Of a stretch of 64,000 nt of DNA, positions 27,640 to 41,909 are shown piece by piece. The notes under the pieces were generated by a model. The model did no database searches. It saw only the letters and a program-made list of their open reading frames with translations, and had not been told where the DNA came from. Location: assembly GCA_951406725.2 (NCBI GenBank), contig OX597825.1:930001-994000 (forward strand). The letters run 5' to 3'. Position numbers and translations under genes: made by a program. Within the stretch, counting starts at the first letter, position 1; every line of letters begins with the position of its first letter. The stretch is from Octopus vulgaris (lineage: Eukaryota).

Positions 27640-28387
27640 TCTAGCAAAGAAATGAGGCAAACAATTTTTTTTTGTGGTTGTGTTATGTTAGTGTGAATAA
27701 ATAATAAATTATAGCTGAACAGAGAGAAAAATTGGGTTTAAGAAAAACTAGATGTTGCATGGAAAAGATATGATTAATGTAGTCAAGAGGTGTAATGAAT
27801 AAGAAATATGGTTGTTGGGTAAAGAAGTACCAAGTGATCCAAACAGAAGGATCTTATGGAAGACAGGGTGTCATGGAAAATGTAGATGAAGCTACGAGAG
27901 AAGCCATTATTGAGTCCAGTGAGTAAATATCCAGAAAGAAGAACTCTGAAATTAAATTATAAACTGTGTAATCTTTGAATAATGAAAAGTTAGGAAAGAC
28001 TTTTTCTAAAAGTACTCCTCCTTAATGGGCAGAAAGAGTTGCTTTATGCCAGCATATTGTAGTTTAGACTTATAATATTTGCTTTATTAATGAACAGCCA
28101 TTTACATTTACCTATGCCATAGTCTTCTGGCTTCAACCCACACACTACTATTGTACTTACCTGTATTCATACCTTTGGGCTTTTCTACTATACTTATTAA
28201 CTCTACTAAATACTTGTATCTGTTAGCTTTTGTCTTTCTATTATTCCCTAATAATTATGACTTTCACTTTGTGCATTTCCTATTATTATCCCTTGATGTC
28301 CTATAGCTCTGTCTCATACATCATTGTGTTGTATAATTTTACATGCAGCAGTTCACTTTTTATGTTGACATGGCTCCTGAGAAATAG

Positions 28388-28448
<61 letters not shown>

Positions 28449-29539
28449 TCCATGATTATTTCTACTTGATTAACACACATGTGAACATATATGTGTGCTG
28501 GTGTCCCTTGATTTCTAAATTCAATATCCGATCTACATGAGTTTCTTTTTTGCGTAGACACATGTAAATGCACACAAATATTTGTGCATATATGATTCTA
28601 ATTTTAGTTTGTATTTGCATCTATTTGTACAGTTATACATTTCTTCAAATACTTGTTTCTTTACAGTCTAATATAATGTACACATGTCTACACTTATGTA
28701 GCTGTATATATACTGGCATATCTATGTGTATGTGCGTGCATGCGCATGTGTGTGTGTGTTGACATACTCCATTAAGTATATGTCAATAATTAAAGGTATA
28801 TATATGCTTACATATGAATAGTTAATTATTTCTAACCAGTTTTCTCCATTCTTCTATTTTATTATTTTTGTCAATGCAATATTATATTAGCTTTTGCTCA
28901 TTTTCAGTTTGTATCCATCTTCAGTATTTCTCTGACTCTAAAACATTTCGATTCAAGACTGATTTATTGTTTTAAAAAATGTTATTACACTCTACTTATT
29001 CAAATATCTTACTATTCCAGTAACCTAACCAATTCCTTACTGGTTAAATACACACCTTGTTGCTTATTTCCCCAAATTACACTTTACTTCTATTTATTTA
29101 TATTTTTAAATGTTTATTTAATAATTTTCTTTTTCCTTTTTACATGTTCCAGTCATTGGATTGCAGCCAAGCTGGGGACACTGCCTTGAAGGGTTTAGTT
29201 GAACAGCCGGACACTTATTCTATTGGTCCTTTTTGCTGAACCACTTAGTTACAGAGACATTAACAAACCAGCACTAGTTATCAAACTGTGGGGAAACCTA
29301 CACAAACACACATATATATATACACAAGCATACACACACATACATATCACATCTAGCAGGTTCACTTATAAAGCATTGGTCAGCCTGGGGCTATAGTAGA
29401 AGGTACTTGTCCAAGATGCTTCAGTGTGACTGAATCTGAAAAATTTTGGTACTTAAATTCTTTTGCAAGTCGTTCCATGAAATAATTCTGAAAACCGAAA
29501 AGTATCCTGTCTCAGTTGCTGCTTGGGCTACCAAGAATT

Positions 29540-30110
29540 GTACAAGATGTCAGTGGATAGAAATATAATGGCCATTTTAGAAATAGACATGGGTGAGGCT
29601 CTGGAAATGTGGAAAATATAACAGAGACGCAGCAAGTTGAATGCAAAATGATGCTTAGTGAGGCAGAAACATACTTTGCTTAGTAAAGCAAACAGAAAAC
29701 AACCAGACTCTTTGGCTTGTGAAGATAACAGTCTCACTTCACTGTTAAAGCAATGCAATGAAGCTTACCAGGAATGTCCCCAGGCTCTCGACACTCAATC
29801 GAGTTTTCTAAATTCAAAGAAGTCAAAGAGAGACAGCAATATGACACTCACAAGATGAAGTTTGTAGGAAAACATGGTGAGTTGCAAACTGTTGTTGATG
29901 TCATTGAAATGGATAGCTTCTATGGAAACTAGAAAAGTCTCAGAAGAAGGGCACCAACTAACTCAGGTCAGCATCTAAGCTAAGGAATTTCTCACAACTT
30001 TTATCTGTTTTATGGCCTTAGGCAAAATCTTTTATTGACATATTTGAAAAACAAGTTTGAATCATAATTTGTGTTTTGTTCAACTTGAGAAAATACTCGT
30101 GCATAGCAAA
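29540..30110 (+). mobile_element. Highly decayed RTE-like LINE fragment
   Basis: Patchy similarity ending in ...FVQLEK, compare FVDLEKAF; many stops. Confidence 0.3.
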
Positions 30111-30385
30111 AGCATTATTTTTGCTTGTGTTTATATTGTGTGTGTGCAACAGTCTCTATAGCCATAAGTATGCCCACACCACTGTATGTGTTTGTGTAGG
30201 AGAACCTACAGAGAAACACATCAACGTATTTATATAGATACATAAACACATACACAAATCAATATGAAAGTGTATGTCAACATCTCTCCTCATGCTTACT
30301 TTTTTTGCTTATGGCTGGTGTGTCTAAGAGAAGAGGAATTTTTGATTTAATAAAGTAACCTGACTAGGTTTTTGTCAATTATATA

Positions 30386-30423
30386 TACTAACTTTTCTAA
30401 ATTTCATTTATTTTCAGGTAAGA
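30386..30423 (+). promoter_or_regulatory. Candidate recursive splice site (branch point, pyrimidine tract, CAG|GTAAGA)
   Basis: TACTAAC at 30386-30392, AG-free T-rich tract, CAG at 30415-30417, immediately followed by GTAAGA. Confidence 0.5.
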
Positions 30424-30580
30424 AACTGATGGAATAAGAAACACTGGATTAAAAAAAAAAAATCCTTTGTACAGTCATTGAACACTCTGTATTAAAAAAA
30501 CGTATAAATTTACATTTAAATGCATTTGTCCTTTCTAGCATGAACGGTCTTCTTAATCACTCGATTAAGATGTTAATATC

Positions 30581-30629
<49 letters not shown>

Positions 30630-32138
30630 TATACATACATGAAATTATGTATGTACAATCATATATCAAAAGGATATATAACACTATTCCACACACACAA
30701 AACAGCCATGCCAACAATCCAACATACCTCCATCATCAGCTGCCCCATGGATATCATTATGGTTTCGACACCTGGGCAGTACCACTCAATCTGGTGGTGT
30801 CAACAGCACTAAAAGAAGTGTTGTTTGGGAACAAACATACCAAAAACACAACAAAAAACACATAAATCTATGTACATCTGTATTGATATTAATAGTAAAC
30901 CTACAATAACTAAATTATATGTATAAAATTGTATATAAATAATTATGTATATATCTTTCTATCCATATGTATGAGCCTGTATACATTTGGGCCAAATGTA
31001 GAAATCTTGCCAAAAAATACTTCTTCAACAAATCCTGCCCAACGTATGCCATCATGATAGCATATATACTCACTACACACTACACACATATACATGCACA
31101 CAAGCGCATACATTACACAAGGGCTATAATTAAAACCAAAAATAAAATTAGTGAAATATTTAATTATATGAAAGTTAATTTCAATATTTTTTCAACAATT
31201 ATCATATGTATATGCATGTATGTAGATAGATAGACAGGCAAAAGAACAGATACATTAATAGGTAGACAGATAGATATATATATATACACTCACATATGTA
31301 TGTATATATACATGCAAAACAACAACAAAGATGAGTAGGGGTAAATCTAATACCATACAAGCTAAATTCTTGATTTGTTATGTCCACTTTTAGGAATGGT
31401 AGAACAATTGTATATAAATGTAAGATAAATTCTCGATTTATTGAAATTATCTTCACTTCTAGGAACAATCATTTTCTGGTAACTGGGACCAACTTGAAAT
31501 GAAAAGAGGGAGATAGTCTAAAGATTCAAGAATTCTCCAAAATTGACAGGCAATAAAAGGAAAAATTTAAGCTGCATGCTCTTTTGTGCATGTGTAGGTG
31601 TTGTCTGTCAGATATAAGGTAGGACAATTGCTGTGCTGATGATGGTTACTGAAGCAGAAACACATGTCAGCAGCTGTCCTCTTCCCTCCATTAAATCAAT
31701 GAGTCCCTCTCCTTAATGGCATATCAGTTTTGGAGAATTTTTATTTGCTGAGATTATCGCTGCTTTTCATTTAGAGTTAGTTCCAAGTATTGACAGTAAG
31801 CCTGAAGTTTCAGTATGCTCACCTTTGTCAGAGAGTTTGGCAAAAGCAAGCAAGCAAAAACTTGGAAGTCACTGTCCCTTCCCAGATATGTATTCCACAT
31901 GTAATCCTTCAGCTTGATGTTAAATGTGTCTTTATACATAGCTTCACATAAAAATAAACGTTAATACACATGCACATATGTGTGAATGTATGTATAAAAG
32001 ATCATAAATTGCTTGTTTCTTAGAAACCAAGATTTTTAAGTAAAGATTCAAGACTAAGATGTAGATAAAGTTTATATCTAAAACTATGTATTCCCATTTT
32101 ATCAACTGAATGCACTAATGTATCACCATCTTGTATTA

Positions 32139-33508
<1,370 letters not shown>

Positions 33509-33667
33509 GTAAGTGAATGAAAGGAATGGAAGAAGCAGTTATGCACTGCATATATTTCAAAAATGCATTTTCCTTGCACTTCATTGCATATATGTGAAGA
33601 TGTGTGGCCTAGTGATTAGGGTGTCATAATAGCATTCTACTTTCTTCCAGTCACTGAAATATTCATA

Positions 33668-33710
<43 letters not shown>

Positions 33711-33724
33711 GCATATACTCCAAG

Positions 33725-34290
33725 AAATTGATGACTCAGCTCTTTTAACAAAATCTGCAGAAGAACTGAAACAAAAATTCCAGACTGGGAAGCAAAGCCT
33801 CGAGTTGAAGTGCCTAAAAGTAAACCTTGGAAAACCAAATTTTAGTTGAAAGGAAGAACAGACCTGATACTGCGAGGGAATTCCTATCTTCATTTGCAGA
33901 AATTCCATAAGGTGTGCCCAGTGTAAAAAAACGAAAAAGGGCTACACAAGAGGTATTGTGGGATGAAAGGGAAGCAAACAGAGAAGGTAGGTGGCATAAG
34001 CAGTGGAATCTGGGTAATAGGAGCTAAGAGTATTTGGGAAACAGATTCTTTCAGATACCTTGATGGATCCTTAAAAGTAGTTGTTACTGAGGTGATCAAA
34101 TTAGTAGTGGGGCCATGTGTCCAAAAGTGTGTTAGCCCTCAAAATGAAGGACAGATTGTATGATACTTGTGTATGAAGTCCATTGCTGTATGGCAGCATG
34201 AGATGGGCTTTGAATATAGAGAACTTGTGAAGACTGGGAAGAGAGGAAGCAAGTATGCTTTGCCAGATGTTTAATGTTATTGCACGGGTA
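33725..34290 (+). mobile_element. Decayed RTE-like reverse transcriptase C-terminal fragment
   Basis: Reads IDDSALLTKSAEELKQKFQTGKQSLELKCLKVNLGK, compare YADDL.L...S.EEL...W...LE.KGLKVN..KTK; later LLYGS and WALN motifs. Confidence 0.65.
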
Positions 34291-35929
34291 TAAATATATA
34301 CCATATATCATCATCATCATCATCATCATTTGCTTTCAATGCTGGCATGGGTTGAACAGTTGAACAGGACCCAACATGTCAAAGGAGCATATTTTAGTCC
34401 AGTTTCTCAGTTTTGGCATAGTTTCTACAACTGGATGTCTTTCCTAATGTCATCAACTTGACAAGGTGTATTAGGGGCTTTTAACATGAAATCAGCATTT
34501 GTGAAGTTGCTTTGAAACTCCCAAGATATTAAACAGACCGTTTGACTGAGCAGGAGAATAGGAGAAAGGTGGTCAGCTCATGGGGGTTGTTGAGACAGTA
34601 AAGTATGGAAAAGGGAGAAACAGGAGTAGGTTTGTTGTTGTGGAAGAGATTTATGGCTACTGCACATTATTTGTGGTTGGGGTCGATGATGTGATGCCAG
34701 AAAGAGTGATAGATATGGTGGTGACAAGTACCCGAGGGTATCTTCAAAGTAGGAGGAGGTGAATAGAAGAGTGTGAGGATGAGAGTGAAAGAGAGATATA
34801 AACAGAGGTGGAGGCCAGAAGTATTTGAGGGTAAAATGTAGTGAATGGTATTCAAAGGTGGGAGAGGTCGATGGTGAATATGAATGTGGTGGGGATATGG
34901 TGACCAGAAGAAAGGGTTGAAGGTCAATTGGAAGTGGCTCAGTGGGGGAGAGGGAATGATGACTTGCAGTAAGGAAAGAATTATGAGAGGATGTGTGATG
35001 GCAGGGGCAGTTTTTATTAATTACAGCAACAGAAAAATACAGGAGACAGGAGACAGGAGACAGGAAAGTGATGGCAGGACGAGCAAAAGGGGAATGTGAG
35101 TTGGTGGGTGCAAAAGTTTGATGATATTTCAGTGATGGCAGATTTGATGACAGAGGAGATGACAGAGAAGGATGTTGATACACAGGACTGGAGGAGACCC
35201 ACAGACTCAACTTGCATGCAACCTTGGTAATGAGGCATACGGGAGTGAACATAACGAAGTAATGAATGATGAATAAGGATGGAGATAAGAATAACAGTGA
35301 GGGTTATATCTATCTATCTGTCTGTCTGTCTGTCTATATCTCTCTCTTTACACACACACACACACACACACATATATCTGAGAGGTATTGGTATCTAAAA
35401 GACTAACTTTCTCTTTATAAATGTCCTGAAAATTCCACACCGCCTTGGCTTTGTTGTTTCATTTTATTTAACATACATACATATTTATATATATTTATAT
35501 ATATATATTGTATTTTATTCTTTCACTTGTTTAACTCATCAGATCTGGTTATACTAGCTACGTCCCTGAAGGATTTAGTGGAACAAATTGACCCATTAAT
35601 TATTTTTTCGAAGTCTGGTACTATTCTTTCGTGTTGCTTTGCTAAATCACTAAATTAGGAGGTCAAATCACGTCTGGTTGTTAAACAGTGGGGTCAAGCA
35701 TATAGATGCAAAACACACCCACACAACAGATTTTCACACCATTTCCAACTCTCAAATTCCCTCACAAAGCATTGATTGATCTGGAGCCATGGAAGAAGAC
35801 AGATGCCCAAGTAACCATAAAGTGGGACTGAACCAAAAATCCTGTGGTTGCAAAGTAAACTTGCTAACCACACACACACATATCTGCACCTTTATATATA
35901 TCAAAGGATCAAAGGTCCTTTCCAAGCTA

Positions 35930-36123
35930 TAGGCTTATAAGGTGGGTTCCTGCGGGGTGTATTTTGCCCCCACTGGATGGAACACCAGTCTGTCGTAGGA
36001 ATTCTTTATTTTTGTCAGCTGAGTGAAAAGTGAAATGAAGTGCTTTGCCCAAGAACATAATGCATAACCTGGTCCAGGAATTAAAACCATACTGTTATGA
36101 TCATGGGTGCAACATCCCAACTA
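35930..36123 (-). mobile_element. tRNA-derived SINE
   Basis: Minus-strand tRNA-like head followed by TGTTCTTGGGCAAAGCACTT; 3' part shared with the 425-603 insert. Confidence 0.6.
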
Positions 36124-36266
36124 TTGAAACCTTCAATCCAAATTAGTCACTTCCAGTTGAATATGGCAAGGAAATATTTCTTTGATAAAAATAATAGAAA
36201 CTGAATTTTATTGCCTCTCACAAGCTTCACACACACACACACACATCTTTAAATATATGTATATAA

Positions 36267-36590
36267 TCATCATCATCGTTTAACGTCCGTTTTCCATGCT
36301 AGCATGGGTTAGACGGTTCGACTGGGGTCTGGGAAGCCAGGAGGCTGCACCAGGCTCCAGTCTGATCTGGCAGTGTTTCTACAGCTGGATGCAGTTCCTA
36401 ATGCCAACCACTCCGTGAGTGTAGTGGGTGCTTTTTACGTGCCAGGGGAGGCTGGCAACGGCCATGATCAGTTGGTGTTTTTTACATGCCACCGGCATGG
36501 AAGCCAGTCAAGGCGGCACTGTACATCAGCCATGTACAGATGGTGCTTTTTACGTGCCACCGGCACAAGTACCAGGGTAGGCTGGCAACG
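36267..36590 (-). mobile_element. RTE-tailed SINE with 2-3 divergent internal monomers
   Basis: Same tail and core as 32374-33446. Confidence 0.8.
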
Positions 36591-36925
36591 TATGCATAAA
36601 AGTATACATAAAAATATTTTTATATACACAACTTTATATGGATGTATACATATGCATTTATTTGACTATCACCGAGTAAATTTCAGCTTTCCTGCAATGA
36701 CTTGATGTCTTTAATACATCTTCTTCTTAAAGGAAACTTTCCTCCCTACATATATATTCTATGAAAAATTTCAAATCTTATTTAAGTATGACATATACTC
36801 TATTATGAAATTATAGGCCTTTGAGTCACTGATGTAGCTTCACAATGAATAGATATAATAATACCAATACTCTATACACTGAGTTCCATATTTCGTTTGC
36901 TATATGTGTAAGTATGTATGCATAT

Positions 36926-36963
<38 letters not shown>

Positions 36964-37058
36964 ATTTACTGTTCTGTTAAGGTAAGATTAAAAAAAAAAT
37001 ACTTCATCCAGTGACAGATAAATATCTTTTAATGAACACAAAATAAAGTTATGAGCTA

Positions 37059-37424
37059 CTAAGAGTTTCTTACAATGGAGACACGTGTTTAGGCAGGTTT
37101 TTATAAGACACCTTGTGTTTCCAAGCAATCCTTGGGCTCTGAGCACATGGTCTATTCAATTTACAAAACAGGAAGATGCTACAAGAGAAATCACAAGAAA
37201 AAAATGAAAAGGTAGATGCGAAAAGTGGAAGGGTCAATAAAAACTCTTCCACTTTTCGCATTTACCTTCTTCTTGTTTTTCTTGTGATTTCTCTTGTACC
37301 AGCTTCCTGTTTTGTAAATTGAATAGACCATGTGCTCAGAGCCTGGCCTGAAGATTGCTTGGAGACACAAGGTGTGTTATAAAAACATGCCTAGACTCGT
37401 GTCTCCACTACAAGAAACTATTAG
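37059..37424. repeat. Long foldback palindrome (~176-bp arms, 8-nt loop); probable MITE or foldback element
   Basis: 37059-37234 is the reverse complement of 37243-37424, including a perfect GGCTCTGAGCACATGGTCTATTCAATTTACAAAACAGGAAG block. Confidence 0.92.
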
Positions 37425-37457
37425 CAATGTGTACTTTTATACTGTGTACATTAAATG

Positions 37458-37502
<45 letters not shown>

Positions 37503-37510
37503 TACACACA

Positions 37511-37566
<56 letters not shown>

Positions 37567-37919
37567 AGATTGTGTTTCTTCATAAGACAAAAAAAAAAAA
37601 AACGAAAGAAAGAAATCAACACAAGATCTATACCAGAGCATGATGTAATTTATAAAAGTATTGAATACTGATAAAGGTGCCATATTTTGTCTGTTTTGAG
37701 TTTTTCAAAGTACTGATTAAAAAGAGTAAATTTACCAATATGTATCTTATAAGTAGGAACAGGTATAAAATTGAATTAATAGCAACAAAATACATGAGAA
37801 GGTGGAGTTATGGTTTGCATGGAAATTCTGACAAAAACCATTTGTAACTTTTAGTTATATAATCTCAATGCAGACATATAATTCAAATGATATTGAGTAT
37901 ATTTATGTATCTGTGAGTA

Positions 37920-37986
<67 letters not shown>

Positions 37987-38549
37987 GTGTATGTATGTAT
38001 GTATTTATGTGTGTGTGTGTATCTTATATGTCTGTATCCTGGCTATGACTCTCTCAACAAATGCATTTAATAACGTAGAAAGAGATTTTTATAAATTTGC
38101 ATATATTTGCAAATACACTAGTTGAACATATACATATAACACACACACACAAACACACACAAACACACACAGAATCACATCACATAAAAACAATGATATG
38201 AGCACTACAAAAATGAGGAATGGAAACAGAAGAAGAGAAAGAAAAGGACTGAATCGCTTAAATAAAGGAAACTTTGATAGATGAATATTTTTAGCATTTA
38301 AAAAAAAACTCCAACAAAAGATGAAATAATCTTTGCTCATCCATTCTTGATTTACCTTCAGGAACAAATACCAAAAGCATTATTTAAAAAAAAAACACAC
38401 ATAAATACAGAATATCTGAAATAAAGCATTGTTGTTGTTGTTATCATCATTTTTATTACAATTATTATTATAATTATTATTATTATTATTATTATTATTG
38501 TTGTTGTTGTTGTTGTTGTTGTTTGTTGCCGTTGTGTCATTGAAAACTG

Positions 38550-38585
38550 AATTTACTTGTGCCATATTACTGGCACAAGTAAATT
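38550..38585. repeat. Perfect 15-bp inverted repeat with 6-nt loop
   Basis: AATTTACTTGTGCCA-TATTAC-TGGCACAAGTAAATT. Confidence 0.9.
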
Positions 38586-39251
38586 TGTTAACATTTCACC
38601 GAGGAGCCATCCTGAGACTGTAACTTGTCCCCTGCATTTAAAAACACTGAAAAGGCTTTGAGCTGTGGAGTGTGGGTGGGTTGTGTGTGTGTGCATAAGA
38701 CTAGAATTTTAGGTTCATATAATAGAAAACAAATAAATCATTGTAAATAAGAGAAATCAACTGATTTCGAAAATAAAACAAATTAAATTTCAGCCAAAAT
38801 ACGAAGGTGTTTCATAAGGAATTGCAAAGGAAAATAACATTTTGGCCAACTAAACAGATAAATGGTACACACAGCCACACTCATATAAATAGGCAAAAGA
38901 TTCGCACATATGCATTTACGTGAATACACATACGTATGTATGAATATAAGACTATCAGAATGTATGAGAAAAAAAAAAAACACCTCCAAAAGAACTAATC
39001 AAATATAAAAAAATTATTTCAGTTTGAAGAAGAAGAAATATATTGTAGTAAGAAGGAAGCAGGTGTGTGTTTAGCCTCAGAAACATCATCAATCAAAGAA
39101 TGTATTACAGCAATCACAAGGAAATAGCGATGAGAAGGTAATAGAAAATAAGAAAGAGAAATAATTGAAAAGGGGGTTGGACTAAAAAGAAAACAGAAAA
39201 AGTAAAACAAAAACAATGAATACAATGTAATTAGAAACATATTAATGATAT

Positions 39252-39286
<35 letters not shown>

Positions 39287-39329
39287 ATATATGTATGTAT
39301 GTATGTATATACACACACACACACACATA

Positions 39330-40215
39330 CAGGGTGTGATGGGTAAATTGTCACCATTTTATATTTTTAATTTTGTGCATGTGCATTGTTGGGTTTTGAT
39401 TTTGTTGACTACACAGTATAGTAGGGTCAGTTGGGCACCATCTGTGAGAAAAACAACACCATGACACAATTCACTCGGCCAGAAATTTGGAAACAAAATG
39501 CTGTACTGCTTGGTGTTCATGCCAGAAGCTCCAGTATGAACAAAGGGTGAGCACACAGAACAACCACTGGCTTGCTGTGTCCCCAAAATATGTACTGAGA
39601 GTGATAAAAACCAAACATCCAGTCAACATAATGGCGTTTAGAATGATCACGAGTGATGGCAACATTGTGGCTCCATTCAACTTCCAACATGGCCTCAGGT
39701 TTAACATGGAGGTTTATATCAAGTTCCTGGAGGAGGTAGTGCTGCCCTGGGTCAAGAGGGTGGCTGCTGAAAGACCCTATGTTTGGCAACAGGACTCTGC
39801 ACCATGTTACAAAACCAGGAGAACCCAGTCATGGCTGTCAGACAATTTCTTCAACCACATCACCCCTAACATTTGGCCACCTAACTCCCCAAACTGCAAC
39901 CCCCTTGATTATTATATGTGGGGCACAGTTGAGCGAGAGATCAACAAAACTCCTTGTAACACCAAAGATGAACTGAAGGCAAGGATTATGGCAGCATTCA
40001 CCAACTTAAACAAGGAGACCGTCCAGAAGATTTCCAGGCGATTCTGAAGTCGTCTGGAAGCCACAGTTGAAGCCAATGGCAATTTTATTGAATAAATTTA
40101 CTATTTAGTATTTCAAGATATTTTTATGTAATTTTGGTAAATATATCTGTTAAAATCAGATGTCAGTGTTATTTTCATTTTTGCATAATTTAGACAATAT
40201 ATTCACTGCATCCTT
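39330..40215 (+). mobile_element. Internally deleted maT/DD37D (Tc1/mariner superfamily) transposon
   Basis: ORF 39487-40047 contains YVWQQD-(37 aa)-D within WPPNSPNCNPLDY, and continues past a stop as SRLEATVEANGNFIE*. Left end TA|CAGGGTGTGATGGGTAAATTGTC; degenerate right TIR. The N-terminal HTH and first catalytic D are missing. Confidence 0.9.
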
Positions 40216-40659
40216 TATGTACAATTAAATAACGGATTTAAAAACACTATAACAGTTCCATTCTTCTAATCAGGAGAATATTCCAATAGATACAAATTGG
40301 TACAAAATCATAGCTTGGGGTTTACATGTATCTACACAGTCAAATTCTGAATTCCAGCTTTCACTGCTATTTCTAAACATGTAAGGGTTTTTGCAACCCT
40401 CTCCAATGTGATTTATTCATAATCATAAACACTCTTCTTTTGTGTAATTTATTATTACATGTTTGGCCATTGATATATTCATAAATAATTGCTGTGTATG
40501 ATATATCCTTCGTTGTATATTTCTACATTCCTTTTTAAATATATATACATAAAATACACACACATATACCCAGGTACATATATGATAAAAATACATCAAT
40601 ATATATATCTTTATAAATACATATATCCACACAAAGACTTGTACTTAGACATATATGAA

Positions 40660-40976
40660 TACAGATGCCATCTTCCTAGTGAGACTGCTGCAGGAAAAGT
40701 ACTTGGCCAAAAGTAAGCCATTGTACTTAGCCTTTGTCGACCTGTAGAAAGCTTTCGACAGAGTTCCTCACTCTGTTATACGGTGGTCTCTAAGGAAGTT
40801 AGGAGTAGCGGAGTGGCTTGTTAGAGCTGTAAAAGTCATGTACAGTGGTGGTGTGAGTAGGGTGAAAGTCGGCCATGAATACAGTGAGGAATTGTATTCT
40901 GCCTGGCTCTTGTGAAACTGTCTCCCCCATGCTAGCATGGAGGGGGCAGATGTTAAACAATGATGATGATGATGAT
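40660..40976 (+). mobile_element. RTE LINE RT fragment joined to an RTE 3' tail (internal deletion)
   Basis: RLLQEKYLAKSKPLYLAFVDL*KAFDRVPHSVIRWSLRKLGVAEWLVRAVKVMY, then CCATGCTAGCATGG...GTTAAACAA(TGA)n. Confidence 0.85.
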
Positions 40977-41338
40977 AGTTTCCACACAGTTTCTCTTTGC
41001 TAAATTTTGCTTCCAGCTACTTATCAATTTGCAACTATGGTCAAAGACATGTAACTTTCAATGCTGTAGAATCAGACATGCAACCACATGGTTGTGAAGC
41101 AAGCACAATACCATGCCTGTGCACATGTACAAGCAAACATCTGTATATATATATATATATAGTCTTTTACTTGCTTCAGTCATTTGACTGCAGCCATGCT
41201 GGAGCACTGCCTTAAAGAAATTGACCCCCAAGACTTATTCTTTGTAAGCCTAGCACTTATTCTATGGGTCTCTTTTGCTGAACTGCTAAGTTATGGGGAC
41301 AAACACAGACACACACATACATACACACACACACACAC

Positions 41339-41371
<33 letters not shown>

Positions 41372-41909
41372 CATATATATATATATACACAACAGGCTTC
41401 GGTAAGCCCGAGGCTATAGTAAAAGACACTTGCCCAAGGTGCCATGCAATGGGATTGAACCAAGAACCATGTACTTGGGAAGCAAGCTTCTTACCACACA
41501 GCCACAATGTGCTGATATCATAAATTGTTAATAAATGGATCTTCCAGCAGTTTTGACAAGGAGTATTCCAGTTATTTGATGGATAGGACTTCTTACTCAT
41601 TGAATCATGGTGTAAGTGGTTGAGTATTCCATAGATGTGTGTAGCTTTAACATTATCCTCAGGCATAGACAGTGTGACAGATTGTGTATAACAAGGCCAG
41701 ACCTTTGAATATACACACACTCCATTCGATGGAGTTCCACATAGTTTCTGCTTATCTAATTATTTCATTCTCAACACCTCAGTTGAACAAAGATATTTAT
41801 CCACGAAGTCATGCAGTAAGTTTGAATCTGGTACCCCATAATTAAGAAGCAAATTTCTTAATCCTTCAATCTTTACACCTGCTCACACACACCTGCACCT
41901 CCCCTACAC

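Noticed and set aside
28150-28175. Minus-strand CAG|GTAAGT as a second recursive site
   Set aside because: The upstream sequence is purine-rich, with no pyrimidine tract or branch point.
34578-35252. 224-aa minus-strand ORF
   Set aside because: Low-complexity S/P/L/H product of a purine-rich retroelement segment; no domain motif or splice signals.
38380-38625. Possible terminal exon (poly-Asn plus hydrophobic, GPI-like tail) for the Ig gene
   Set aside because: Poly-N is an (AAT/AAC) microsatellite, and all frames from the best acceptor (TGCAG near 38625) hit stops before reaching it.
39487-40047. 186-aa ORF as a functional or domesticated gene
   Set aside because: A truncated DD37D transposase lacking the DNA-binding domain and first catalytic Asp, with a premature stop, inside TIRs.
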